Below are positions 1 through 13,199 of a DNA stretch of 32,000 nt, one piece after another. Where the stretch lies: positions 210,001-242,000 of the forward strand of contig NZ_CP179200.1 of assembly GCF_051201565.1 (NCBI RefSeq), written 5' to 3'. The stretch's first letter is position 1. Each line of letters starts with the position of its first letter. Both the position numbers and the translations under genes were made by a program. Under the pieces are notes generated by a model. The model saw only the letters and a list, made by a program, of their open reading frames with translations, searched no databases and was not told where the DNA came from. Source of the DNA: Pseudothioglobus sp. nBUS_23 (GTDB taxonomy: Bacteria; Pseudomonadota; Gammaproteobacteria; PS1; Pseudothioglobaceae).

Positions 1-747
1 TTTATTAATTGGAGACAGGCTTATATAATCCAAAAACATTTTTTCGGCATGCTTTACTTCTTCTAAATTGTGTGTTGAAGCTCCAATAAGCTTTTCCTCA
101 GAAAGCTCTTTGGGAGAAAAATTCAAAAGCTCTTGAGTTGTTAGATGCCAACCATCACATGGCTCTCTAAAATTCATTTGGGGCATATTTAAAATAAGCT
201 TCACACCATTTAACTGACATAATTGATTAAATTTTTCAATGTACTGCTTATCAAGTTGAAGCTTACTTCTGAGTTGAATCATTTTTTTGCCATCAGCAAT
301 ATGCTGCGAGCATTGCTCAAGAATTGAGTCAGTATTATGATTTTCTGGAGTTATCCAATAACAATCTGGAAGAGATATTTTTTTAATAATTTTCCACATT
401 GTTGGTAGAAGCTTAAAGTTCATAAAGTTATCAATATTGCACCAAGAGTATTCTTGTCCCTCTTCACCAGAAGGAATTCCAGAGTACTCCTCAATCATAT
501 ATACCGAGAGATTAATTGTCTTTTCAGGATATTGCTGATGAATTGTCTGAGTCAGGCCGCACTTGATAACTTTGATGCCTGTTTCCTCAAATAGCTCACG
601 CTTAAGTGCGTCATGATGACTCTCATTGCTTTCTACCTTACCCCCAGGAAGCTCCCAAAAGTCAGGCATAAACTGATTTTTTTGACGCTTAGCAATAAAA
701 ATATCGCCTGATTCATTTCGTATTATTCCGACTACAACTTCAATCAT
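1..747 (-). CDS. Nudix hydrolase (MutT-like) domain fused to a ThiE/TenI-like domain; 3' end runs off the window
   Basis: Absent from the ORF track because no stop codon lies inside the window. Manual minus-strand translation from the ATG (complement of 745-747) gives MIEVVVGIIRNESGDIFIAKRQKNQFMPDFWELPGGKVESNESHHDALKRELFEETGI..., which contains a complete Nudix box (G-x5-E-x7-RE-U-x-EE-x-G-U). The frame stays open for all 249 codons down to position 1. The distal part (...LIGASTHNLEEVKHAEKMFLDYISLSPI) resembles the thiamine-phosphate synthase fold. MutT/ThiE-like fusions of this kind are known in Pseudomonas-type genomes. Confidence 0.8.
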   Translation of the reverse strand, partial: MIEVVVGIIRNESGDIFIAKRQKNQFMPDFWELPGGKVESNESHHDALKRELFEETGIKVIKCGLTQTIHQQYPEKTINLSVYMIEEYSGIPSGEEGQEYSWCNIDNFMNFKLLPTMWKIIKKISLPDCYWITPENHNTDSILEQCSQHIADGKKMIQLRSKLQLDKQYIEKFNQLCQLNGVKLILNMPQMNFREPCDGWHLTTQELLNFSPKELSEEKLIGASTHNLEEVKHAEKMFLDYISLSPINK

Positions 748-770
748 TTTTTTCTAGATTTCATATTAGC

Positions 771-799
771 TTGATATATTTTATAGATATCTTTACATT
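771..799 (+). promoter_or_regulatory. Candidate sigma70 promoter for gshA
   Basis: TTGATA (771-776), a 17-nt spacer and TACATT (794-799) lie in the 108-bp divergent intergenic region about 57 nt upstream of the gshA GTG. This is motif spotting only. Confidence 0.3.
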
Positions 800-855
800 A
801 TCTCTGTCATGATGAGACAAGGTAAAATAACTATTTTAATGTTAGAGATTAGAAA

Positions 856-2418
856 GTGAGTCTTCAGGAAAAAATTAATTCACTACATCCATTTAAAGAT
901 AGTTTAGGTGAAAATCTAATTGGAATAGAAAAGGAAGGGCTTCGCGTTGCCAAAGATGGCACAATTGCACAGACGCCTCATCCAACTAGTTTTGGTTCAG
1001 CGTTGACCCATCCAGAAATTACCACTGACTTTAGTGAGGCATTGGTTGAAATAGTGACGCGTCCCATAAAGGGCGCCACTAATGTCATCGATGAGCTGTC
1101 TAAAATTAACCACTTCATCAATCACCATCTAGAAAATAATGAGCGTTTTTGGCCCGCAAGTATGCCTTGCATATTAAGAGGTAAAACTAATATTCCTATA
1201 GCTTATTATGGTGAGTCCAATCTTGGAAAAATGAAGACAGTTTATCGCCGAGGCTTAGCAAATCGTTACGGTAGCGTTATGCAAGCTATAGCCGGTATTC
1301 ACTTCAACTATTCTTTCTCACTGGAATTTTGGGAGTCTTACCAAAAAACCATTGCATCTGAGAGCAAATTAGATTCTAAAAGATTTATGAGTCGCCACTA
1401 CATGGCGCTCACACGAAATGTATTAAGATATGGCTGGCTGGTGACTTATTTATTTGGCGCCTCAGCTACAGTTTGTAAATCTTTTATGCAAGACTATCAT
1501 GAACACAACTTAGAAGAATTTGATGACAATACCCTTTACCTTCCGTATGCAACGTCTCTAAGAATGGGTGATATTGGTTATCAAAACTCTCAGGAAGACA
1601 AAAAAGGGGTAAAGGCAAACTACAATAGTTTGCGTCATTATATATATAGTCTCAGAGCTGCAATGCAAACCAATTGTGATTCTTGTGAAGCTATTGGTGT
1701 AAAAAAAGATGGAGAGTATCTTCAGCTCAATACTAACATTCTTCAGATTGCTAATGAATACTACTCCTCAGTTAGACCCAAGCCAATAATGAATGGTAGT
1801 GATAGACCTCTTGGCGCACTCTTAAAAGGTGGCGTTGGTTATGTAGAATTAAGATCGCTTGATGTGAACCCCTTAATTAAAGACGGCATAAATGCAGAAC
1901 AGGTCCAGTTTCTAGAATCATTTATGTTGTTTTGCCTGTTAGAGGACTCACCTGTTGTTTCTACTGAGCAGATATATGAAATAGATATAAATGCTAACTT
2001 AGTAGCTCACAGGGGTAGGGAGCCTAATCTCAAATTGAAGTATAACGGCGAAGAGGTATCTTTAAAGAATTGGGGCCAGTCTATCCTCAATAAAATTGCT
2101 GAGTGTTCAGCTCTTCTCAGTGATGCGCATGTTGACTCGGTAAATCAAATTTCGAATAGAATTAAAAATCCTGACCTCACTCCATCAGCGCAAATGCTTA
2201 ATGAGATGAAGCATGAAGAAAAAGGATTTTTTGAATATACGGATCAGTTCAGTCATAAATATCAAAAACTCTATCAAAACATGAAGATTAATGATGGTTA
2301 CTTTTCTGAGTTAGACAAACTCAGAACACTATCATTTGAAAAGCAAAGAGAGATAGAGTCAGATGACAAGGTAAGTTTTGATCAATTCTTAGAAGAATAC
2401 TTTTCAAGTGACATTTAA
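856..2418 (+). CDS. gshA: Glutamate--cysteine ligase (gamma-glutamylcysteine synthetase)
   Basis: The 520-aa ORF has a GTG start and is collinear with E. coli GshA (518 aa) over its full length. Shared blocks include GSALTHPEITTDFSEAL, YRRGLANRYG, YLFGAS, LPYATSLRMGDIGY and VELRSLDVNP. Confidence 0.93.
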   Translation: MSLQEKINSLHPFKDSLGENLIGIEKEGLRVAKDGTIAQTPHPTSFGSALTHPEITTDFSEALVEIVTRPIKGATNVIDELSKINHFINHHLENNERFWPASMPCILRGKTNIPIAYYGESNLGKMKTVYRRGLANRYGSVMQAIAGIHFNYSFSLEFWESYQKTIASESKLDSKRFMSRHYMALTRNVLRYGWLVTYLFGASATVCKSFMQDYHEHNLEEFDDNTLYLPYATSLRMGDIGYQNSQEDKKGVKANYNSLRHYIYSLRAAMQTNCDSCEAIGVKKDGEYLQLNTNILQIANEYYSSVRPKPIMNGSDRPLGALLKGGVGYVELRSLDVNPLIKDGINAEQVQFLESFMLFCLLEDSPVVSTEQIYEIDINANLVAHRGREPNLKLKYNGEEVSLKNWGQSILNKIAECSALLSDAHVDSVNQISNRIKNPDLTPSAQMLNEMKHEEKGFFEYTDQFSHKYQKLYQNMKINDGYFSELDKLRTLSFEKQREIESDDKVSFDQFLEEYFSSDI

Positions 2419-3751
2419 AGTAGAGACAATCTGTGCTATCGCCTCTGCAATAGGACAGAGTGGTATAGGTATTGTTAGAGTTTCGGGCCCACTTGCCAAA
2501 TCTATCTCCAAGATAATACTTAAAACAGATTTAAATCCAAGATATGCATACTATGGAGCTTTTTATGATGCTAAAAGTATTGTTATTGATCAAGGTGTAG
2601 CTATTTTTTTTCCAGGGCCAAACTCTTACACAGGTGAGGATATTGTTGAGTTTCAGGGGCATGGTGGCGCCAGTGTTTTAAGAAAAATCCTTGAGATAAT
2701 ACTTGACTTAGATGTTCGACTTGCTGAACCTGGAGAGTTCAGTAAAAGAGCATTCTTGAATGGCAAAATGGATCTAGTGCAAGCCGAGGCCGTCCAAGAT
2801 TTAATTCAGTCAAGCTCTGAAGAGTCTGCATTAAGTGCAGTCAGATCATTAACAGGAGAGTTTTCGGAAAGAATAAATAAAATACTTTCTGAATTAGTAT
2901 CATTGAGAGTGTTTATTGAAGCCACCATCGATTTTTCTGATGAGGAAATTGATTTTTTAGAATCCCATGAGGTATCGAATAAACTTCATAATCTTAAGCA
3001 GAAGCTTTTAGACATTCACAAAACAGCAACTCAAGGCGCTATTCTTAGAGATGGTATTCATGTAGCAATTGCCGGTAAACCTAATGCAGGTAAATCAAGC
3101 TTGCTCAATATGTTAACAAAGCAGTCTAGTGCCATAGTCACCGATATTGCTGGAACAACAAGGGACGTTCTCAAAGAAACTATTCATTTAGATGGGATGC
3201 CGGTTCACATAATTGATACAGCTGGACTTCATAATAGTGATGATGTAATAGAACAAGAGGGCATCCGAAGGGCACATAATGAAATTAATAATGCTGATGT
3301 CATATTGCTAGTTTACGACTCTACTGATTCTGAGTTAGATTTAGGCATCTTGCCTGATTCAGTTAAAAATAAACCAAAAATAATTGTTAGAAATAAAATT
3401 GATCTAGTTGACCAACAGCCATCTATGAAGAACATAGGTAACAACCTGGAGGTTTCTATCTCTGCAAAAAATGGAGATGGGATAGATTCAGTTCGAGCTG
3501 CACTCGCGCAGCTTGCAGGACATAATTCGAGCATCGAGGGTGTGTTTGTAGCTAGAAAAAGACACCTTGATGCAATAGATGAAACGCTTGAATTTATCAA
3601 TAATGCCATAGGTCAACTAAATGCAGGATCTAGTGAGCTTGTGGCAGAAGATCTTCGTCTGGCCGGATCAAAGCTTGGCCGAATTACAGGTGAATTTTCA
3701 TCGGATGATCTTTTAGGAGAAATCTTCTCTTCATTCTGTATAGGGAAATAG
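2408..3751 (+). CDS. mnmE: tRNA modification GTPase MnmE (TrmE)
   Basis: The 447-aa ORF has the N-terminal GIGIVRVSG motif, G-domain motifs GKPNAGKSSL, DTAG and NKID, and the family-typical C-terminal CIGK. Its GTG start overlaps the gshA stop by 11 nt. Confidence 0.95.
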   Translation: MTFKVETICAIASAIGQSGIGIVRVSGPLAKSISKIILKTDLNPRYAYYGAFYDAKSIVIDQGVAIFFPGPNSYTGEDIVEFQGHGGASVLRKILEIILDLDVRLAEPGEFSKRAFLNGKMDLVQAEAVQDLIQSSSEESALSAVRSLTGEFSERINKILSELVSLRVFIEATIDFSDEEIDFLESHEVSNKLHNLKQKLLDIHKTATQGAILRDGIHVAIAGKPNAGKSSLLNMLTKQSSAIVTDIAGTTRDVLKETIHLDGMPVHIIDTAGLHNSDDVIEQEGIRRAHNEINNADVILLVYDSTDSELDLGILPDSVKNKPKIIVRNKIDLVDQQPSMKNIGNNLEVSISAKNGDGIDSVRAALAQLAGHNSSIEGVFVARKRHLDAIDETLEFINNAIGQLNAGSSELVAEDLRLAGSKLGRITGEFSSDDLLGEIFSSFCIGK

Positions 3752-3878
3752 AGTACAATTTAGAGTTTCGAGAGAAAAAAATTAGGAATTTTTCGAGCTC
3801 TTCGCTTCTCTCTATATTGTTGATTTAAAACACTATTTTATGTAATCACTCAATCGGGTTTTTAGTGCTTTAAACTTT

Positions 3879-3938
3879 ATTTGATAAAAATTAACAATAT
3901 AGCTTGACGCTAGGATTTGAGCATGTATAATTTCCCGC
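3879..3938 (+). promoter_or_regulatory. rrn operon promoter (UP-element-like A/T tract, -35, -10, GC-rich discriminator)
   Basis: TTGACG (3904-3909), a 16-nt spacer and consensus TATAAT (3926-3931). The -10 is followed by TTCCCGC, a GC-rich discriminator like stringently controlled rrn P1 promoters. It is preceded by an A/T-rich tract (ATTTGATAAAAATTAACAATAT, 3879-3900) at the UP-element position, about 180 nt upstream of mature 16S. Confidence 0.6.
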
Positions 3939-3973
3939 TTTCACCGCACAAATCAGTCATATTTTGAGCGGTA

Positions 3974-3985
3974 GTTCTTTAACAA
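3974..3985 (+). promoter_or_regulatory. boxA-like antitermination element in the 16S leader
   Basis: GTTCTTTAACAA matches the E. coli rrn boxA consensus TGCTCTTTAACAA. A second copy sits in the 16S-23S spacer at 6012-6023. Confidence 0.55.
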
Positions 3986-3994
3986 TTTATCAAG

Positions 3995-4016
3995 CAACTT
4001 GTGTGGGCACTCGTGC
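3995..4016 (+). other. 5' arm of the 16S precursor processing stem (RNase III-type), pairing with 5664-5685
   Basis: CAACTTGTGTGGGCACTCGTGC (3995-4016) pairs at all 22 positions with GCATGAGTGTTCACACAAGTTG (5664-5685): 19 Watson-Crick and 3 G-U pairs. The helix brackets the mature 16S. Confidence 0.75.
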
Positions 4017-4117
4017 AAGAAATTGTGCAGTGCACATAAAAAACAAAAGCAGATAAGCTTTTTAAAAAATTGAACTATTGGTTATAAAATGCCAAGTGTT
4101 CTAAAAAGTCAAAGATT

Positions 4118-5657
<1,540 letters not shown>

Positions 5658-5748
5658 AGAAAAGCATGAGTGTTCACACAAGTTGTTTGATAATAATAAA
5701 GTAAGAGAAAAAAGACCAATAACCCAAAGTCAATTTTTTTGATATTAA

Positions 5749-5825
<77 letters not shown>

Positions 5826-5849
5826 ATTTCTGGGTTATTAGTTTTAATT

Positions 5850-5925
5850 GGGGCTATAGCTCAGCTGGGAGAGCGCCTGGTTTGCATCCAGGAGGTCAGC
5901 AGTTCGATCCTGCTTAGCTCCACCA
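5850..5925 (+). tRNA. tRNA-Ala (anticodon UGC)
   Basis: GGGGCTATAGCTCAGCTGGGAGAGCGCCTGGTTTGCATCCAGGAG...TAGCTCCACCA has anticodon loop TTTGCAT, the G3:U70 alanine identity pair and an encoded CCA. Confidence 0.97.
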
Positions 5926-6011
5926 TTTTTCTCAAGTGAAAACTTAAATAAGATTTAGTCATAAGTTTTATTTAAGTTTTTATACCCTTTCTGGTGCAAA
6001 CTGGACTGGGA

Positions 6012-6023
6012 GCTCTTTAACAA
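6012..6023 (+). promoter_or_regulatory. boxA-like antitermination element in the 16S-23S spacer
   Basis: GCTCTTTAACAA is a 12/12 match to the core of the E. coli boxA consensus. It occupies the position expected for spacer boxA, downstream of the spacer tRNAs. Confidence 0.6.
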
Positions 6024-6026
6024 TTT

Positions 6027-6229
6027 GGATATGAAGTAAAGTTTGTTAAATACAATACAACGTAAGGTGTATTGCATTGACACAACAATTTCAAAAAATA
6101 TGGATTCTCATTGATAGATTAATTTCTATCATTGATAAATAGAATTCACTGATTGTATCGAAAGATATAACTAGTGACTTCACAAGGTGAAATACGAAAC
6201 CATTTAACCCAGATACTTTGGGGTTATAT

Positions 6230-6236
<7 letters not shown>
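6027..6236 (+). other. 5' flank of 23S forming a long segmented processing helix with the 3' flank (9111-9189)
   Basis: Three complementary segments were found by eye. 6223-6236 pairs with 9111-9124 (14 perfect bp, including the mature termini). 6077-6088 (TTGACACAACAA) pairs with 9145-9156 (TTGTTGTGTCAA, 12 perfect bp). 6034-6044 pairs with 9174-9184 (11 bp). Confidence 0.7.
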
Positions 6237-9119
<2,883 letters not shown>

Positions 9120-9264
9120 ATAACACCCAAGATATTTGGAGATGTTGTTGTGTCAACAGGCAATATGCCTTATAAACTTTACTTTATCCATTTTGTTATA
9201 CCTCTGGTATAAAAACTTTTTAATTCATTTGAGTTAGGTTTCGACTTAGTTCAAGTAAGCAGTT

Positions 9265-9384
9265 TGCTTAGTGATAATAGCAAGTGTGACCCACCTGATC
9301 CCATCCCGAACTCAGAAGTGAAACCACTTAGCGCCGATGGTAGTGTGGGGTCTCCCCATGTGAGAGTAGGACATTGCTAGGCTT
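9265..9384 (+). rRNA. rrf: 5S ribosomal RNA
   Basis: A 120-nt sequence collinear with E. coli 5S (…CCCACCTGATCCCATCCCGAACTCAGAAGTGAAAC…GCCGATGGTAGTGTGGGGTCTCCCCATGTGAGAGTAGG…). The termini pair as helix I. Confidence 0.97.
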
Positions 9385-9392
9385 TTATTCAA

Positions 9393-9428
9393 AATACCCC
9401 GACCTTTTAAAAGGCGGGGTATTTTTTT
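9393..9428 (+). terminator. Rho-independent terminator of the rrn operon
   Basis: AATACCCCG (9393-9401) pairs with CGGGGTATT (9415-9423), giving 9 bp including 5 G-C pairs plus 2 inner bp. The stem runs into a 7-T tract (9422-9428) immediately after 5S. Confidence 0.85.
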
Positions 9429-9487
9429 ATCTAAACTAATTCAAGTAAAATCAAGCTTCTTAAAAAGAATTTAATTTCAAAGCATTC

Positions 9488-10438
9488 ATGATGAATACAG
9501 TAGAAGTAATAAATATTGCTGAAGGGATTGATGTTGTTGATTCCGGATACTACAGTCAAGACTTTGCAGCAATATATCTTCTGAGGCAGAACAGCAAGGT
9601 TGCCATTATTGAAACAGGAACCAATTATAGCGTTCCTGTTGTAGAGAATGCCCTAATGAAGAGCGGCCTCACTCTTTTAGATGTCTCTTATGTAGTTCCA
9701 ACCCATGTCCATCTTGATCATGCGGGCGGTGCTGGTGAGCTGATGCGGCAATGTGTAAATGCCAGATTAGTAGTTCACCCGAGAGGCGCACGTCATTTGA
9801 TTGACCCAAGTAAACTCGTTGCGGGCGCTACGGCTGTCTATGGAGAAGAGAAATTCAAGGAATATTATGGTGAAATTATTCCAATAGATGCCAATAGAGT
9901 TACTGAGGCAGATGATAACTTTATTTTAGATTTTGATGGAAGAGAACTCAGATTTATTGATACGCCTGGACACGCGAAACATCATTTTTGCATCTGGGAC
10001 AAGACAACGAAGACTATGTTTACAGGCGATACGTTTGGCATCTCATATCGCGACCTTGACCATCAAGATGATGTCTATATCTTGCCGAGCACAAGCCCTG
10101 TCCAGTTTGATCCTGAGGCCCTTGCTAAAAGCATCAATCGAATCATGGATTTTAAGCCAGAGCGCGTCTGCTTAACCCATTTTTCAGCCATTAAACCTAC
10201 CAAGAAAGTTGTCAATAAATTAATAGAAAGTATCCACTTTGTAAGCGATTTAGCAATCAAGCATGCAGACAAAAATGATGCAGAATCAATCATTTATAAT
10301 AATATGATGGATTATTTTCTTAAAGGACTGAATGAGATTGGGTTTCACAATAATGATGTTGCAAGAGACAGATTAAGTCTTGACGTTCAAATTAATACTC
10401 AAGGCCTCATTTACTGGCAGAAAAATAGACAAGGATAA
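9488..10438 (+). CDS. MBL-fold metallo-hydrolase (substrate unknown)
   Basis: The 316-aa ORF carries the metallo-beta-lactamase signature HVHLDHAGG (H-x-H-x-D-H) plus a downstream TPGH and a distal His. No more specific family can be assigned by eye. Confidence 0.8.
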   Translation: MMNTVEVINIAEGIDVVDSGYYSQDFAAIYLLRQNSKVAIIETGTNYSVPVVENALMKSGLTLLDVSYVVPTHVHLDHAGGAGELMRQCVNARLVVHPRGARHLIDPSKLVAGATAVYGEEKFKEYYGEIIPIDANRVTEADDNFILDFDGRELRFIDTPGHAKHHFCIWDKTTKTMFTGDTFGISYRDLDHQDDVYILPSTSPVQFDPEALAKSINRIMDFKPERVCLTHFSAIKPTKKVVNKLIESIHFVSDLAIKHADKNDAESIIYNNMMDYFLKGLNEIGFHNNDVARDRLSLDVQINTQGLIYWQKNRQG

Positions 10439-10502
10439 GACTTGAATTTAAACCTTTAATGAACAAATAGATATAATATAAGTCGGCGTTAGTAACTTAA
10501 AT

Positions 10503-13199
10503 ATGAAGAATCTATTACTTTATCTCAATGGGTATTTTGCAAGGGTACCTGGCCAACTTATTCCATATCGCAAAATAGTTCTCATACTTGCTTTGCTATC
10601 AACCATTTTTATGGGTTTTGGCGCCTCTCGTTTTGTACTAGATACATCATTTGATGTCTGGTTTAGTGAGTCCGACCCTGCAATCGAGGCTTTGGATGAG
10701 TTCCGGGATCAATTTGGAAGTGATGACGGTCTCTTCATTGTTTATGAAGCTAAAGACGGTGATGTCTTCTCAAATAAATCGCTTACTTTAATCGCAGAGA
10801 TCACAGAGACTCTAGATAATTATGAGCAAATCAGTGATGATGTATGGCTTAACCAGTATGGCTTAACTCCAGATATTGTTGAATCACTATCGCACATCAA
10901 GCGCGTTCAATCTTTATCAAACATTAGAATTCAGAAAAATGATGACGATGTTTTAAGTTCGCCCCGCTTAGTGCCTAAAAATATTCCAAGTGATGTCAGT
11001 AAGCTCAATGCCATTAGTTCTGAGGCAGACGATCAGCCTTCTCTTGAGCTATTTATGTTTTCTAAGGATCATCGCTATGGGGCAATCTCTATCAAAACGG
11101 ATTTTGGCGCTATTCCAGTTGTTCAAGAGTCTAGTGATGACGTCTCTCTTTTTTCTGACGATGATTGGAGTGATGATTTTGATGCTAGCATGGATGATAG
11201 TGCTGTCATCCAAAAAATTGAATACCAGCCCGACGAGCCTGCCCTTTATATTCCATTTATGAAGGCTATAACAGCGATCACAGAGCAGCCAGAGATGACT
11301 GAGCATTTCAACTTTTATCCAATTGGTAACTCTGCAATGATCTCTTTAGCTATGGACACTCTTATCCAGGCTGCATTCTTATTGGTAGGAATGGTAGTCA
11401 TCATAAACCTCTTGCTTTGGACTTTGTTTCGCTCTGCCAGCGCGGTTGTTCTTCCTCAGCTTGCAATAGGTCTGAGTATATTGTTTGTCATTGGTGGCCT
11501 GAGTTGGTTGAACTTAGCATCAACAACTCTCATCGCTTTAACAGTAATGCTTGTTATTGCGGTAGGTGTTGCAGACTGTGTTCATGTTATGAGCTCCTAT
11601 TTGTTTTTTAGGCGAGATGGGAAGGAGCACAATGAGGCACTCTCTAAAGCTTATGGCAAGACTGGGGTTCCAATACTCCTAACAACCATTACAACAATGG
11701 CAGGTATGTCATCACTTGCTGCAATAGGCATGCCGATGTTTGTACAGTTTGGCCTTTCTTCCGCGGCAGGGGTTTTCTTTGCCTTTTTATACACAATCTA
11801 CTTGCTACCCGTTTTGTTAAATTACTGGCATCCAATGCAGATTAAAAAATCAAGTAATGAAGATACTTATAACAAAAAAGGAATTAGAGCTCTAGTCCTA
11901 TTGCTGAAATCAAAGATATTAAGTTTTTTATGTTTCTTTGCAAAACCCCTATTAAGTGCATCACAAAAAGTTGGTTTGACCTGGTTAGTGAGCGCAGAGT
12001 GGCTCCAGCCGTTATTAGACAGAATCCCAGCTTTTGTAGAGCGTTTTCGATACCTGATTGCCATCATATTTTTTGGCGGGTTTATCGTGTTTTTGTATGG
12101 CGCAACGCAAGTAAAAATAGACTCTAATCTAGTTGAACTTTATTCTGACGATGTTCCAATTGGACAGGCATATGACATTGTTGATGACAATATGATGGGG
12201 ACTGGAAACATGGTCATAGTGGTTGATACTGCTGTATCTGATGGAATCATGGATCCTGCGGTATTAAGCTCGATGGATAGACTTCAGACTAAAATCGAAG
12301 ATAGTTATAGTGATTACATTATCCGTACAAATTCCCTAGCTGACCTCGTTAAAGATACTCATGCGATTATGCAAAGTTCAGAGGAATTCAGAACTATTCC
12401 TGACAGTCAGATTGCAGTCTCCCAGCTCCTTTATCTCTTTAATAGTTCCAATCCAGAGGAGCGGAGAGCCTTAGTCAGTGATGATTTCAGTAAAAGCCAT
12501 ATTAGTGTTCAACTCAGGAATGCAGGATCAGAAGAATACAAAGATTTTTTTGATGAGATACAGAAGGATATCAATAACGAGTTTAACAAGCTTACAGCAA
12601 CCTATCCAGAACTCAAGGTTCAAATTACTGGCTCATTTGCATTGATGATGAGGCTAGCAGATGATATCAGCAAGAATCAATTTAAGAGTTTGGCGATAGC
12701 AGCAGTTGTTATCAGTTTGCTTATGATGTTGACACTTGGTTCATTGCAGGCAGGTGTAATCTCGATTGTTCCAAACCTAATTCCAGCAACATTGGCTTTT
12801 GGGTTAATGGGCCTACTTGGGATTTCGCTGGATACAGATACGCTCATGATTGCACCTTTAATTATTGGTATTGCGGTCGATGATACAATTCACTTTATTA
12901 GTCATTACAGAATGTCACTCGCTCAAAACCACAACATGAAAATCGCGCTGGTTGAAACCATAAAAGAGGTTGGTCAGGCGGTTACGTTTACTACACTCAT
13001 ACTGGGTTGTGGGTTTTTTATGTTAACCTTTAGTGACTATTTAGGATTAGCTAAAATAGGGGGCTTTGGCTCCTTAGCAATTTTTGTAGCGCTGCTATGT
13101 GACCTGTTGTTTTTCCCTGCACTGATAATGATATTCAAGCCAAAATTTGGCCAGAAAGACGTTGATGATAATTTAAACTTTATAGAGGTTTCAAAATGA
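10503..13199 (+). CDS. RND-superfamily exporter of the HpnN/MMPL (COG1033-like, sterol-sensing-domain) type
   Basis: The 898-aa ORF has the 1+5 / 1+5 TM pattern with two large periplasmic loops. It has duplicated TM4/TM10 motifs GVADCVHVMS and AVDDTIHFIS, typical of MMPL/HpnN-type lipid exporters rather than AcrB-type drug pumps. Confidence 0.85.
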   Translation: MKNLLLYLNGYFARVPGQLIPYRKIVLILALLSTIFMGFGASRFVLDTSFDVWFSESDPAIEALDEFRDQFGSDDGLFIVYEAKDGDVFSNKSLTLIAEITETLDNYEQISDDVWLNQYGLTPDIVESLSHIKRVQSLSNIRIQKNDDDVLSSPRLVPKNIPSDVSKLNAISSEADDQPSLELFMFSKDHRYGAISIKTDFGAIPVVQESSDDVSLFSDDDWSDDFDASMDDSAVIQKIEYQPDEPALYIPFMKAITAITEQPEMTEHFNFYPIGNSAMISLAMDTLIQAAFLLVGMVVIINLLLWTLFRSASAVVLPQLAIGLSILFVIGGLSWLNLASTTLIALTVMLVIAVGVADCVHVMSSYLFFRRDGKEHNEALSKAYGKTGVPILLTTITTMAGMSSLAAIGMPMFVQFGLSSAAGVFFAFLYTIYLLPVLLNYWHPMQIKKSSNEDTYNKKGIRALVLLLKSKILSFLCFFAKPLLSASQKVGLTWLVSAEWLQPLLDRIPAFVERFRYLIAIIFFGGFIVFLYGATQVKIDSNLVELYSDDVPIGQAYDIVDDNMMGTGNMVIVVDTAVSDGIMDPAVLSSMDRLQTKIEDSYSDYIIRTNSLADLVKDTHAIMQSSEEFRTIPDSQIAVSQLLYLFNSSNPEERRALVSDDFSKSHISVQLRNAGSEEYKDFFDEIQKDINNEFNKLTATYPELKVQITGSFALMMRLADDISKNQFKSLAIAAVVISLLMMLTLGSLQAGVISIVPNLIPATLAFGLMGLLGISLDTDTLMIAPLIIGIAVDDTIHFISHYRMSLAQNHNMKIALVETIKEVGQAVTFTTLILGCGFFMLTFSDYLGLAKIGGFGSLAIFVALLCDLLFFPALIMIFKPKFGQKDVDDNLNFIEVSK

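Noticed and set aside
3777-3793. Hairpin AAAAATT-AGG-AATTTTT after the mnmE stop as a terminator
   Set aside because: The stem is entirely A-T and its T-run forms part of the stem, so predicted stability is very low. A direct repeat of TTTCGAG (3766 and 3793) flanks it, but I see no function for it.
4024-4036. Palindrome TGTGCA-G-TGCACA in the 16S leader
   Set aside because: It cannot form a hairpin because the loop would be 1 nt. It might be a protein site, but a single short palindrome in a leader is not evidence of one.
4062-4090. Possible second rrn promoter (TTGAAC at 4070-4075, TATAAA/TAAAAT at 4083-4090)
   Set aside because: The spacer between the hexamers is only about 7-9 nt, and the alternative -35 (TTAAAA) is poor. 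The site also lies downstream of the 5' arm of the 16S processing stem, so transcripts from it could not form that stem.
6108-6137. Direct repeat TCATTGATA (6108-6116 and 6129-6137) with an embedded hairpin GATAGA-TTAATT-TCTATC in the tRNA-Ala/23S spacer
   Set aside because: It is a small A/T-rich structure within the pre-rRNA spacer, most simply part of spacer folding. It has no coding or mobile-element features.
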